A stretch of 64,000 nucleotides of DNA from Minisyncoccota bacterium (GTDB lineage Bacteria; Patescibacteriota; Minisyncoccia; Phycocordibacterales; UBA6065): NCBI GenBank assembly GCA_041661645.1, contig JBAZUA010000002.1:97944-161943 (forward strand). Reading direction: 5' to 3'. Below the pieces are notes generated by a model. That model worked only from the letters and a program-made list of their open reading frames with translations. It made no database searches and had not been told where the DNA came from. How positions within the stretch are numbered: the first letter of the stretch is position 1; the number at the start of each line of letters is the position of its first letter. The position numbers were made by a program, and so were the translations under genes. This document shows, in pieces, positions 1 through 9,203 of the stretch.

Positions 1-1350
1 GCGGGGCCTGATGATGCTCTGGTTCAGGTCGCTTGGCTCGAATATCTTCACGTCTGTCTTGGCGCCCATGGCCCCCCAGTCCTGCTCGATGTGCTTGGCC
101 GCCTCGACGAGCTCTGGAATGTTCGCCGTCGAGAGGGAGAAGGAGAGAGTGGTCGTTCCTGACTTTCCCTTGAGCTCGAGGGGACCGTCATCCGAGACTT
201 TCTTCCAGCCGTCCTTGGAGAGGATCGTTCTGGCCTTGTCCAGATCGCTTGCGATGGACGAGGTTGCCTTGTCCGTTGGCTCGGTACTTGTCGCCGGCGG
301 CAGGGGTTCGTTCGCCACGTTTCCGTACCCAAAGAGCACGTTGTCGATGATCTCCTGCTTGTCGATCGAGAGGCCCAGGGCCTGGCGTACGGGCTTGTGG
401 GCGAGGAGCTCCTTGTTGTTCTGATTAAAGAATATTCCGAAGACGCGAGTCAGCGGCGCCTCGATGATGCGGGTGCTGTCGGCGAGCGCCTTTGCCGATG
501 TCGGGCTGAGGTTCGAGCCGCTTTCGACGGCGCCGCCGTGGATTGCATCCTGAAGGGATCTGTCATTCGCATAAAAGGTAAAGGAAATTGAGCTGACATG
601 GGGCTGTCCCAAGGCGTATGAGCGATTGGCCGCGAGCTCTATGGATGTCGGTATGCCCTGATTGGAGCGGCTCACCGACGACACCTTGTAGGGGCCTGAT
701 CCGACAGGCTCGACGTTGAAGGAGCTGAATGGGAACTGGTCGCTCTGGAAGGCCTGCCAGATGTGCTTGGGCAATATGCCCATGGTCAGATTCGACATGA
801 AGGGGGCATAGGGTTTCTTGAGAACGAACGATATCTGGTCCGTGCCCGTTTTCTCCACGGTCACTCCGTCCCAGTTTATCTGGCGGGGGCTCTTGAGGGC
901 ATTGTCCTGGGCCTTGAGGACGGTGAACTCGACGTCATCGGCGGTCACGGGCTTTCCGTCATGGAACCTGGCGTTTGCCCGAATGACGAAGGAATAGGTG
1001 AGGCCGTCATCCGATACCGAATATGTCTCGGCGAGGTCAGGAATGAAGTCTCCCGACGAGGTTCGCCTGAGCAGCCCTGAATACACAAGGGACGAGAGGT
1101 CCTTGTCGGCATCGGACGATGCCAGAAGGGGGTTTATGAAGCGCGGCGTGCCGATGATGCCCTCGGAGAGCGATCCGCCGTAGGCAGGAATCTCGATGGA
1201 AAACTCGTCGCTCACCTTGTGAAGTATTGAAATGGCGCCCAGGGCGAACATGCCCGCAGCCACGAGAAAGGCAACCTTTTCCGTGATGGAAAGGGATTGA
1301 AAGAGAGCCTTTGGTTTGAGAAAATCCTTGAGGGGAGAGCCTTGGTCCAT
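1..1350 (-). CDS. ABC transporter substrate-binding protein, family 5 (peptide/nickel-type), N-terminal part; the 3' end runs off the window
   Basis: Reverse-complement translation from the ATG at 1350 reads MDQGSPLKDFLKPKALFQSL..., a hydrophobic N-terminal anchor, then SBP family 5-like segments (HDGKPVTADDVEFT, PVGSGPYK). No stop appears before position 1, so it is absent from the ORF track. Confidence 0.55.
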   Translation of the reverse strand, partial: MDQGSPLKDFLKPKALFQSLSITEKVAFLVAAGMFALGAISILHKVSDEFSIEIPAYGGSLSEGIIGTPRFINPLLASSDADKDLSSLVYSGLLRRTSSGDFIPDLAETYSVSDDGLTYSFVIRANARFHDGKPVTADDVEFTVLKAQDNALKSPRQINWDGVTVEKTGTDQISFVLKKPYAPFMSNLTMGILPKHIWQAFQSDQFPFSSFNVEPVGSGPYKVSSVSRSNQGIPTSIELAANRSYALGQPHVSSISFTFYANDRSLQDAIHGGAVESGSNLSPTSAKALADSTRIIEAPLTRVFGIFFNQNNKELLAHKPVRQALGLSIDKQEIIDNVLFGYGNVANEPLPPATSTEPTDKATSSIASDLDKARTILSKDGWKKVSDDGPLELKGKSGTTTLSFSLSTANIPELVEAAKHIEQDWGAMGAKTDVKIFEPSDLNQSIIRPR

Positions 1351-1400
1351 GAGGTCCTGCTGGGCAGGCGTTGATGAATGTATAGTGTGAGAGGCGACTT

Positions 1401-1634
1401 CTAGAGCACGAGCGCGGCGAAGGCCGAGAGGGCGAAAAGCACTCCGAGGACGATGGTGGAGACGAAAAGGAGCTTCTCGAAGCCTCTTCGGGTGTGGAAT
1501 ACCGAGCTCATGTTGTCAGTGCCGCCGAGGGCCCCTCCGTTTGCGGCGCCAGACTGCTGAAGCAGTATTGCGATTATAAGGAGGGCCGAAATGGCGATCT
1601 GCACATACGGTAATATGCTAGAAATCGTGCTCAT
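1401..1634 (-). CDS. secG: preprotein translocase subunit SecG
   Basis: MSTISSILPYVQIAISALLIIAILLQQSGAANGGALGG... with two TM helices and a Gly-rich loop typical of SecG. The start is taken at the internal Met (cat at 1632-1634). Confidence 0.7.
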   Translation of the reverse strand: MSTISSILPYVQIAISALLIIAILLQQSGAANGGALGGTDNMSSVFHTRRGFEKLLFVSTIVLGVLFALSAFAALVL

Positions 1635-1699
1635 GGGGTATAGCCTATCACGAAGCTCATGCGGCTGCAAATCCTTTGTGATATAGTTGGCTTTTCCCC

Positions 1700-2338
1700 A
1701 TGGACAAGAAACAGAACCCTATATTTACCTTTCTCGACCGATTTCTCGACGTTCCCGAGGCCAAGGTAACCTATCTCACCAAGGTCACCTGGATCGACCG
1801 CGTCATGGCCAAGGTCTTCCTTCCGTTTCTTCCCGCAGGCCTCACGCCAAACCATATAACCAAGTTCAGGCTGATATCGGTCCCGTTTGTCGCCCTGCTC
1901 TTGGCTCTCGACATGTACCTTGCTGGCACCATCCTTTTCCTCTTTGCCGCGTTTTCTGATGCCCTTGACGGCGCCCTGGCTCGAACCAAGAAGCTCGTCA
2001 CCACCTGGGGTACGCTCTATGACCCGATTGCCGACAAGCTCCTCGTGGGCACGGTTGCGACCATCGTCATATCAAAGCACATCAGTCTCTACCTGGCCCT
2101 CGCCATCATAGTCATCGAGATACTGCTCGTCTCCTTCGCCTATTACAGGTACAAGGGCAGGATCGTGCCGGCCAAGACCATGGGCAAGACCAAGATGGTT
2201 CTCCAGTGCGTCGGCATACTCCTGCTCCTTTTCTACATACTGTCGGGGATTCCGGCCCTTCTTGTCGCCGCCACCTACGTGCTCTATGGGGCCGTCCTGT
2301 TCGCCTTGCTCTCGCTCTTTGTTTTTCGCTCGATTTAG
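1700..2338 (+). CDS. pgsA: CDP-alcohol phosphatidyltransferase (PgsA-like)
   Basis: Polytopic membrane protein carrying the DALDGALAR...G...DPIADK motif (D-G-x2-A-R...D-x3-D). Confidence 0.7.
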   Translation: MDKKQNPIFTFLDRFLDVPEAKVTYLTKVTWIDRVMAKVFLPFLPAGLTPNHITKFRLISVPFVALLLALDMYLAGTILFLFAAFSDALDGALARTKKLVTTWGTLYDPIADKLLVGTVATIVISKHISLYLALAIIVIEILLVSFAYYRYKGRIVPAKTMGKTKMVLQCVGILLLLFYILSGIPALLVAATYVLYGAVLFALLSLFVFRSI

Positions 2339-2355
2339 TCCATACTTATACCCAT

Positions 2356-2910
2356 ATGAAGAAAACAATAATCGCATTGGTAGTCGTGGCGGTCTTGGTT
2401 GTCGGATACGGATTTGTCACCTATAACAAGCTGGTTATGTCATCCGAGGGCGTAACCACACAGTGGGCGCAGGTGGAGACCCAGTATCAGAGGCGCTTTG
2501 ACCTCATCCCGAGCCTCGTGAACGCCGTGAAGGGCGTCATGAAGCAGGAGACCGCCGTGTTCGGTGCCATTGCCGATGCTCGTACTCATTATGCGGGTGC
2601 TGCAAACGCTAACCAGAAGGCCGAGGCGGCAAGCGAGGTCGAGTCGGCATATGCCCGACTCCTCGTCGTCATGGAGAATTACCCGACCCTCAAGTCATCC
2701 GACGCCGTTCAGACCCTCATGGCCCAGATCGAAGGCACCGAGAACCGCATATCTGTCGAGCGCAGCCGCTACAATGACTCCGTCCGAGCCTACAATCTCA
2801 TAGCGAAGAGCTTTCCGAGCTCGGTCGCTGCCGGAATATTTGGCTATGACGTCAAGGCTTACTTCCAGGGCGCGGCAGGGACCGAAACGGCCCCTGTGGT
2901 AAATTTCTAA
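2356..2910 (+). CDS. lemA: LemA family protein
   Basis: N-terminal TM helix followed by a conserved LemA core (QWAQVETQYQRRFDLIPSLVNAVKG...ENYPTLKSS...RYNDSVRAYN). Start chosen at the ATG at 2356 rather than the long upstream extension. Confidence 0.8.
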   Translation: MKKTIIALVVVAVLVVGYGFVTYNKLVMSSEGVTTQWAQVETQYQRRFDLIPSLVNAVKGVMKQETAVFGAIADARTHYAGAANANQKAEAASEVESAYARLLVVMENYPTLKSSDAVQTLMAQIEGTENRISVERSRYNDSVRAYNLIAKSFPSSVAAGIFGYDVKAYFQGAAGTETAPVVNF

Positions 2911-2920
2911 CACTGACTAC

Positions 2921-3667
2921 ATGAAGAGAACTCTCTTCGCCATACTCCTGGGACTGTGCGTCGCACAGCCCCTTTTGGCGTATGAGAGCCCGGGCAAGCC
3001 CGCAGGCTTCGTCAATGACTTTGCCGGGGTGATGACTTCGGCGCAGAAGGCCGCCCTTGAAAACAAGGTCGGTAATTTCGAGCGTCCCGCAGGCGTCGAG
3101 CTGTCAGTGGTGACGGTAAAGTCCCTTGGCGGCGACACCGTTGAGAATTTTGCCGAGAAGCTTTTCCAGGAATGGGGCATAGGCAAGAAGAAGGTAGATA
3201 ACGGCATATTGTTCCTCGTCGCGCCGGACGACCGTCAGGTGCGCATCGAGGTTGGCTATGGCATGGAGCCTGTGGTGACCGACGCGGCGTCGTCCATCGT
3301 CCTGCGTAAGATTGTCCTGCCTCAATTCTCGACGGGCAATTACTATGACGGCATAGACAAAGGTGTCGATGCGATAATCAAGCTGGTCGAGGGCGATCCC
3401 GAGATGGCGCGGTATGTGAAGGACAACACGACATCGGCCACGGCGGACGGGCAGGGTGCCTCGGGTCAGTCGGGCGAGGAGCCGAATGTCTTCGTGCTCA
3501 TCCTGGTCATCGTCATCGTGATCATACTTCTCTCGAGCAGGGGTGGCAGAAGTTTTCTTCTGGGTATGTTGCTTGGGGGCCTTGGCCGCGGCGGATCGGG
3601 TGGCGGGGGATTCGGCGGCTTCGGAGGCGGCAGGTCGGGCGGCGGCGGTGCGAGCGGGAGGTGGTAG
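2921..3667 (+). CDS. TPM-domain (TLP18.3/Psb32/MOLO-1) protein with a Gly-rich C-terminal tail
   Basis: Signal peptide, then a TPM phosphatase-like domain (GFVNDFAGVMT...GILFLVAPDDRQVRIEVGYG), a TM segment, and a GGSGGGGFGGFGGG tail. The LemA-TPM pairing is common in bacteria. Confidence 0.75.
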   Translation: MKRTLFAILLGLCVAQPLLAYESPGKPAGFVNDFAGVMTSAQKAALENKVGNFERPAGVELSVVTVKSLGGDTVENFAEKLFQEWGIGKKKVDNGILFLVAPDDRQVRIEVGYGMEPVVTDAASSIVLRKIVLPQFSTGNYYDGIDKGVDAIIKLVEGDPEMARYVKDNTTSATADGQGASGQSGEEPNVFVLILVIVIVIILLSSRGGRSFLLGMLLGGLGRGGSGGGGFGGFGGGRSGGGGASGRW

Positions 3668-3751
3668 GGCTGGGAAAAAGGCGGAAGGCTTTGCTTATCG
3701 GGGAAAATCGTATATCCTCAATGGGCTGAGTAGGGGTTTGATAGAAAAAAT

Positions 3752-3841
3752 GGAGAGATGGCAGAGTGGTCTAATGCACTACCTTGGAAAGGTAGCGTGC
3801 CTGAAAGGGTACCGGGAGTTCGAATCTCCCTCTCTCCGCCA
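3752..3841 (+). tRNA. tRNA-Ser (anticodon GGA), CCA encoded
   Basis: Cloverleaf: acceptor GGAGAGA/TCTCTCC, anticodon loop TTGGAAA (GGA), long variable arm, T-arm GGGAGTTCGAATCTCCC, discriminator G, CCA. Confidence 0.85.
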
Positions 3842-3867
3842 ATATTTTAGAACAAAAAATCGCCCCC

Positions 3868-4030
3868 GAAAGGGCGATTTGCGTGTCCCAGTATCGTCCA
3901 ACGGATTCGTCGGGCGGAGACAAACGACGATCTGAGGGCCACCCTGAGGTTCGGCGGCTACTCTCTCGGGATCGCTGGGTGAGAGTTGTTCTAGACAAGC
4001 CGTCCGTATATCCATACGGACGGCTTTTAT
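3868..4030 (+). ncRNA. candidate small structured RNA ending in an intrinsic terminator (unclassified)
   Basis: A 160-nt non-coding stretch with nested complementary segments (ATCGTC...GACGAT, CCCAG...CTGGG). It ends in hairpin GCCGTCCGTAT-atcc-ATACGGACGGC followed by TTTTATTTT. No plus-strand protein gene lies upstream to need this terminator. Confidence 0.3.
3993..4030 (+). terminator. rho-independent terminator
   Basis: 11-bp perfect stem GCCGTCCGTAT/ATACGGACGGC plus a T-run. Confidence 0.6.
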
Positions 4031-4049
4031 TTTATGGTATTATCAGACC

Positions 4050-4622
4050 ATGACCCCCCTCGCCACAATCTCAACTGCATTGTTCTCATGGGGAACATTG
4101 TTTATACAGGTAATCATTCTCGTGGGCGCCATCGTGCTGACCATGGTCATTTTCAGGCATCCGAGCGAGGCGCTGCACCGCCTGTCTCGCAAGGCCGCCG
4201 ACCATGCCTTCCTCTGGGGCTTCATCGTCAGCTTCGTGTCGCTCGTATCGAGCCTTTTCTATTCGAATATCGTCAATTTCCCGCCCTGCGAGCTGTGCTG
4301 GTGGCAAAGGGTCTTCCTCTATCCCCAGGCATTCCTGTTCGCCATCGCCCTCTACAACGAGAAGGTCAGGAAGGTTCAGGATGACATGGTTTTTCTCTAC
4401 AGCCTCGTGCTCTCGATCATAGGCGGTGGAATAGCCATCTTCCATTATTACGGCCAGATGTTCGCTCCAGGCCTTCTCGCCGCATGCCTCGCCGACGGCG
4501 TCTCATGCTCCCAGCTCTTCTTCGTCTCCTTCGGCTACATCACCATACCGATGATGTCCCTCACGGCATATGCTTTCCTCGTCTTCCTGTATTTCTTCCG
4601 TAAGCATCATCGAAAAGCCTAG
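4050..4622 (+). CDS. disulfide bond formation protein B family (BdbC/DsbB-like)
   Basis: Four TM segments; CxxC in the first periplasmic loop (PPCELCWWQR) resembles BdbC PCVLCWYQR; a second Cys pair (CLADGVSC) follows later. Confidence 0.65.
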   Translation: MTPLATISTALFSWGTLFIQVIILVGAIVLTMVIFRHPSEALHRLSRKAADHAFLWGFIVSFVSLVSSLFYSNIVNFPPCELCWWQRVFLYPQAFLFAIALYNEKVRKVQDDMVFLYSLVLSIIGGGIAIFHYYGQMFAPGLLAACLADGVSCSQLFFVSFGYITIPMMSLTAYAFLVFLYFFRKHHRKA

Positions 4623-4624
4623 CC

Positions 4625-5752
4625 ATGAGGAACGATACGGCGACGCTCTATCGAAACAAGACCATTCACGCGCTCTACGCGACCATCCTCAAGCCAATAT
4701 TTTTCAGGAATGACCCCGAGCTCGTCCATGACTGGATGACAAAGGCGGGAGTGCTTCTCGGCAGATATTCGCTTGGACGGGCCGTGACATCGGCTTTTTT
4801 TAATTATCGAAATCCATCCCTGCTCGGACAGACCATACGGGGCATGAGATTCGAGAATCCGATTGGTCTCTCTGCGGGATTCGACAAGAACGCGCAACTC
4901 GGAGACATTTTGCCGTCGGTCGGCTTCGGCTTTGTCGAGATGGGATCGATTACGGGCGAGCCATGCGAGGGCAATCCCAAGCCGCGTCTGTGGCGCATGC
5001 CGAAATCCAGGGGCCTTGTCGTCTATTACGGCCTCAAGAACGACGGCTGTGAGGCTATTGTCAGACGCCTTGAGGGTAAGAAATTCTCGATTCCTATCGG
5101 CATGAGCGTAGCCATGACCAACTGCATCGAGAACATGGACACGACCCCGGCCATCGCAGATTTTGCCAAGGCCTTCAGGGTCATGGAGCCGTATGCCGAT
5201 TATGTGACGGTGAACATAAGCTGCCCAAACACCGTGGGTGGGCAGCCTTTTGTCGCCCCCGACAAGCTTGAGGCCCTTTTCAGGGTCATCGACGCAATCC
5301 CCACGGAAAAGTCGGTGTTTATAAAGATCTCGCCCAACATGACCGATGCCGAGCTCGGGGCATTGCTTGACGTCGCCCGCTGCCATCGCATTCACGGCAT
5401 CGTCTGCGCCAACCTGACAAAGCCGCGCGACAATCCGAACATCGTCGATGCCGACGTTCCCAGGGTCGGGGGCATGAGTGGCAAGGTGGTCATGGACCTC
5501 TCTGACGAAATACTTGCCAAGATATACAAAAGGGAGGGGAAGAGATTCGTCCTGGTCGGTGCGGGCGGCGTGTTCACCGCCGAGGATGCCTACAAGAAGA
5601 TAAGGCTCGGCGCATCCCTCGTTCAGCTCATCACCGGCATGGTGTTCGAGGGTCCGCAGGCCATAGGCGAGATAAACAGGGGACTCGTCGCCCTGCTGAA
5701 GAGAGACGGCTTTTCCAACATAAGCCAAGCAATCGGAATCGATACTTGCTAG
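4625..5752 (+). CDS. pyrD: dihydroorotate dehydrogenase (quinone), class 2
   Basis: GLSAGFDKNAQ, NISCPNT and GGV..GAS motifs with an N-terminal membrane-association extension. The opposite-strand ORF 4619..5827 is an antisense ghost. Confidence 0.85.
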   Translation: MRNDTATLYRNKTIHALYATILKPIFFRNDPELVHDWMTKAGVLLGRYSLGRAVTSAFFNYRNPSLLGQTIRGMRFENPIGLSAGFDKNAQLGDILPSVGFGFVEMGSITGEPCEGNPKPRLWRMPKSRGLVVYYGLKNDGCEAIVRRLEGKKFSIPIGMSVAMTNCIENMDTTPAIADFAKAFRVMEPYADYVTVNISCPNTVGGQPFVAPDKLEALFRVIDAIPTEKSVFIKISPNMTDAELGALLDVARCHRIHGIVCANLTKPRDNPNIVDADVPRVGGMSGKVVMDLSDEILAKIYKREGKRFVLVGAGGVFTAEDAYKKIRLGASLVQLITGMVFEGPQAIGEINRGLVALLKRDGFSNISQAIGIDTC

Positions 5753-5762
5753 TATGTAACCT

Positions 5763-6737
5763 ATGAACAAAAGAGTTTTCATCACCAGACAGATTCCGGA
5801 CATCGCCGTAGAAATGCTTCGCGGCAAAGGCTATTCCGTGGAAATATATCCGAAGGACAAGGTCATTCCTCGCAGGGAATTGATTAAGACTCTTCACGGG
5901 GGTCAGTATGATGCCGTGCTTTCGCTCCTCACCGATACGATCGATGCCGAACTGTTCAACGCGGCGCCGTCAGTCAAACTATACGCGAATTACGCGACGG
6001 GCTTTGACAATATCGATCTCGTTGAGGCAAAGAAGCGCGGCATCATTGCGACCAATGCCCCTGCCGAGCTCTCGTCCGAGGCCGTCGCCGAGCACACCAT
6101 GGCCCTCGTCATGGCCCTTGCCACGAGGCTCGTCGAGGCGAATGACTTCGTCCGTGCCGGCAGATACGAGGGCTGGGCGCCGATGAACTTCGTCGGCACG
6201 GACTTCCACGGCAAGACCATCGGGCTCGTAGGCACGGGACATATCGGCGCCCGCGTCGCCTCGTTCGCAAGCGCCCTTGGCATGAAGGTCATTTATACGG
6301 ATGTGGTCAGGAACGAGCGCCTCGAGAAAGAGTGTTCCGCCATTTATTGTGCCTCGATAGAGGAGCTTCTCCCGAAGGCCGATTTCGTCAGCCTCCACGT
6401 GCCGCTCCTCGACTCGACCAGGCATCTTATGAACGAGAAGCGCCTACGCCTCATGAAGCCGACGGCATTTCTGGTCAACACGGCTCGGGGCGCCGTCATC
6501 GACGAGATGGCTTTGGAAATCGCCCTGCGCGACAAGGTCATCCGCGCGGCGGCCCTCGACGTGTTCGAGTTCGAGCCAAAGATATCCAAGGGCCTGCGAA
6601 GGCTCCCGAACGTCATATTGACCCCGCACATCGCCTCGGCCAGCATTGAGGCCCGCAATCAGATGGCTCAGATTGCCGCGCAGAACATCGTTGATTTTTT
6701 TGAAGGCAGGACGCCTCGTAACATCGTAAATCCCTAA
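5763..6737 (+). CDS. D-isomer-specific 2-hydroxyacid dehydrogenase (glycerate dehydrogenase / hydroxypyruvate reductase-like)
   Basis: NAD-binding GLVGTGHIGARVA, catalytic region ARGAVIDE...LDVFE.EP, and the His motif LTPHIASAS. Confidence 0.8.
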   Translation: MNKRVFITRQIPDIAVEMLRGKGYSVEIYPKDKVIPRRELIKTLHGGQYDAVLSLLTDTIDAELFNAAPSVKLYANYATGFDNIDLVEAKKRGIIATNAPAELSSEAVAEHTMALVMALATRLVEANDFVRAGRYEGWAPMNFVGTDFHGKTIGLVGTGHIGARVASFASALGMKVIYTDVVRNERLEKECSAIYCASIEELLPKADFVSLHVPLLDSTRHLMNEKRLRLMKPTAFLVNTARGAVIDEMALEIALRDKVIRAAALDVFEFEPKISKGLRRLPNVILTPHIASASIEARNQMAQIAAQNIVDFFEGRTPRNIVNP

Positions 6738-6741
6738 TACC

Positions 6742-7374
6742 ATGGCAGGAAAACTCATACTGGCGCGACATCACGAATCGGAATGGAACAAGCTCGGGAA
6801 ATGGACCGGTACCAGGGACCGACACCTCACCGAATATGGCTTTGCAAAATCCGCCGACATGGGCCTCCTCATCAAGGGCATGAAGATCGATGGTGCCTTC
6901 GCCTCGATGCAGGTTCGCTCGATAGAGACCCTCTCGTGCATGCTGAACGCCCTCGAGCTTTATCGCGTGCCGACCGAGCATTCGACGGCCCTGAACGAGC
7001 GCGATTACGGCGACTATACCGGCAAGAACAAATGGGAGATGGAGAAGATGCTCGGCGAGGAGGAGTACAAGAGGCTTCGTCGTGGCTGGGACTATCCGAT
7101 TCCGAAGGGCGAGTCGCTCAAGATGGTCTATGACCGCGCCGTTCCGTACTTCTTGGACAGGATTCTCCCCCTCGTGAACGATGGCAAGAACGTCCTCGTC
7201 GTGGCACACGGCAATTCGCTTCGGGCAATTATCAAATACATCGAAAACTTGTCTGACGAGGTGATCGCCGACGTCGAAATGCCCTTTGGTGCCGTGATCA
7301 TATACGATCTCGAAGCGCAGGGACACCCGACAGGCAAGGAGACTAGATCAGTTGAATCACACGTAAACGCATGA
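6742..7374 (+). CDS. gpmA: histidine phosphatase family; 2,3-bisphosphoglycerate-dependent phosphoglycerate mutase-like
   Basis: LILARHHESEWNKLGKWTG (RHGE-type motif) and VVAHGNSLRAI, both matching dPGM signatures. Compact at 210 aa. Confidence 0.65.
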   Translation: MAGKLILARHHESEWNKLGKWTGTRDRHLTEYGFAKSADMGLLIKGMKIDGAFASMQVRSIETLSCMLNALELYRVPTEHSTALNERDYGDYTGKNKWEMEKMLGEEEYKRLRRGWDYPIPKGESLKMVYDRAVPYFLDRILPLVNDGKNVLVVAHGNSLRAIIKYIENLSDEVIADVEMPFGAVIIYDLEAQGHPTGKETRSVESHVNA

Positions 7375-8174
7375 CACATTCACGAGCGCAGATAGTGGCG
7401 ACGATAGGGCCAGCCTCAGATAATCCCGAGGTTTTGAGGGCAATGATAGGGCACGAGCTCGACGTCGTGCGCCTCAATTTCTCGTGGGGCGACAAGGCTG
7501 ACCGTGTCGAGCAGATTTCCCTTGTCAGAAAGATCGCCGCCGAGGCGAATCGCCGCATCCCCATCATCATTGACCTGCCTGGACCGCGAATACAGGAGCA
7601 TGGCTCTCACACATATGATCATTCCTCCGTCTCGGCTTTTACCGATGAAGACAGGGTGTTTGTAAGATTCGCGGCGGAACAGGGCGTTGAATACGTTGCC
7701 GTATCCTTCGTGGGCAATGCCCAGGACATGCGCGACTGCAAGGATTTCATACGGGGCCTTTCGGGAACCCAGAAGGTCATAGCAAAGATAGAACGCGCCG
7801 TGGCTCTCGAGTCGCTCGGCGAGATAATAGCCGAGTCAGACGCAGTCATGGTCGCCCGAGGGGACATGGGCAATGAGGTCCCGCTCGAGCAGATTCCCTT
7901 TGTGCAGGAACGAATCATCCGCGAGGCAAAGGCGGCGGGGAAGCCGGTCATCACTGCCACTCAGATGCTTCTGTCCATGGTCAACTCGCCTGTGCCCACT
8001 CGAGCGGAGGTCACCGACGTGAGCAACGCCATACTCGAGGGCTCTGACGCGGTCATGCTTTCAGAGGAGTCTGCCGTCGGGAAGTATCCTGTCGAGACGG
8101 TTGCCATGATGGAGAGAATCGTCATCGAGGCGGAGCGGCACCTGGCCGGGAAGCTCGCCTTCAATCACCTCTAG
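7371..8174 (+). CDS. pyk: pyruvate kinase, minimal form (TIM-barrel A domain only)
   Basis: IVATIGPAS, RLNFSWGD and MVARGDMGNEVPLEQIPFVQERIIREAKAAGKPVITATQMLLSM...PTRAEVTDVSNAILEGSDAVMLSEESAVGKYP all match PK. Only 267 aa; the B-domain insertion and the C-terminal domain are absent. Confidence 0.75.
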   Translation: MTHSRAQIVATIGPASDNPEVLRAMIGHELDVVRLNFSWGDKADRVEQISLVRKIAAEANRRIPIIIDLPGPRIQEHGSHTYDHSSVSAFTDEDRVFVRFAAEQGVEYVAVSFVGNAQDMRDCKDFIRGLSGTQKVIAKIERAVALESLGEIIAESDAVMVARGDMGNEVPLEQIPFVQERIIREAKAAGKPVITATQMLLSMVNSPVPTRAEVTDVSNAILEGSDAVMLSEESAVGKYPVETVAMMERIVIEAERHLAGKLAFNHL

Positions 8175-8578
8175 TCCTTCTTTTCGTGATCCTTGATCTC
8201 CTGGATCTCCTGCTCTATGTGGGCGAGGGTGTCCTTTATCTCGCCGAAGGCGCTTTTCTCGATGCCGATCTCCTTTTGTATCTCGTCCTTGGTTTTTTCC
8301 GTCAGCTTCTTTTCCTTGCGGAGGCCGGTCAGTATGACGCTGTTTCCTATGAATGCCGAGACGAACACGCCGGTGATGAGGAGTATGATGCTGCCCACGA
8401 TGATCGAGACGCCGCTGTTCCTGATCAGGGGTATCTCGTCGGCAAGATGCCAGATTCCCCTCCAGAGGAGCACGACGCCGACGCTCGCTATGAGCGCATA
8501 GGTTATCGGATGCTCGCTCAGATGTCCCCGCACCTTGTCCTCTAATTTATCGAAAAAGTTGATGATGTATTTTAACAT
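8171..8578 (-). CDS. hypothetical membrane protein (2 TM, charged coiled-coil C-terminus)
   Basis: Protein-like ORF composition; TM helices IASVGVVLLW and IIVGSIILLITGVFV; KE-rich tail. Confidence 0.45.
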   Translation of the reverse strand: MLKYIINFFDKLEDKVRGHLSEHPITYALIASVGVVLLWRGIWHLADEIPLIRNSGVSIIVGSIILLITGVFVSAFIGNSVILTGLRKEKKLTEKTKDEIQKEIGIEKSAFGEIKDTLAHIEQEIQEIKDHEKKD

Positions 8579-8620
8579 TGGGGATATGAATACCCCTCAG
8601 TATAATGGTATAATTGCCTT

Positions 8621-9187
8621 ATGTACACTGACGATTCTTTATCGACGTTCTCAAATTCGACCTATCAGGAGCTCGGTCGTAGGACCTTCTGGTTTTTCGT
8701 TTCCCAGAGGGTCGTGACGGGCATCTGCTTCCTCTTTCTCGCCCTCGTCCTTTCCGTGGCGCGGGCCGAGCATGTTGTCCCGGTTCAGGCGGTGGGCACG
8801 CTTCGTCTCGTGTCGTGGGCTTTTTTCGCCATCGCTCTGATCGCCCTTCTCACAGCCTTCATATCAAGCAGGCTTCTCTATAAGAGCTCCGGCTTCATGT
8901 GCTCGGATGACTCCCTCCGCATAAAGAGGGGGATCATGACCATCCAGGAGGTTGCCATCCCATACCGACAGATACAGAACATAGAGATCGAACGCACGTT
9001 CCGTCAGCGCATGCTGGGCCTCAGTCGTCTCGTCATATACACGGCAAGCCGGGATGACGAGGGTGGCTCAAAGGATCTTCGCGAGGAAGGCGTGATTCCA
9101 TCCATAGACGAGGATATCGCCGTCAGGCTTCAGAACGAGCTTCTGAAGAGGGCGAACGTTCAGAAGGTTGTGCAGATTACCGGATAA
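8621..9187 (+). CDS. membrane protein with a bacterial PH-like (YdbT/DUF304-type) domain
   Basis: Two TM helices followed by a region resembling the membrane-flanked bPH domain (IKRGIMTIQEVAIPYRQIQNIEIERTFRQRMLGLSRLVIY). Confidence 0.45.
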   Translation: MYTDDSLSTFSNSTYQELGRRTFWFFVSQRVVTGICFLFLALVLSVARAEHVVPVQAVGTLRLVSWAFFAIALIALLTAFISSRLLYKSSGFMCSDDSLRIKRGIMTIQEVAIPYRQIQNIEIERTFRQRMLGLSRLVIYTASRDDEGGSKDLREEGVIPSIDEDIAVRLQNELLKRANVQKVVQITG

Positions 9188-9203
9188 CATTTCATCTAAA
9201 AAC

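Noticed and set aside
2206-2355. Upstream 50-codon extension of the LemA ORF
   Set aside because: The extension overlaps the pgsA 3' end and is Arg/Pro-rich. A good ATG at 2356 yields a canonical LemA N-terminal TM helix.
4619-5827. 402-aa minus-strand ORF overlapping pyrD
   Set aside because: It is antisense to a clearly identifiable dihydroorotate dehydrogenase, and its composition is antisense-like.
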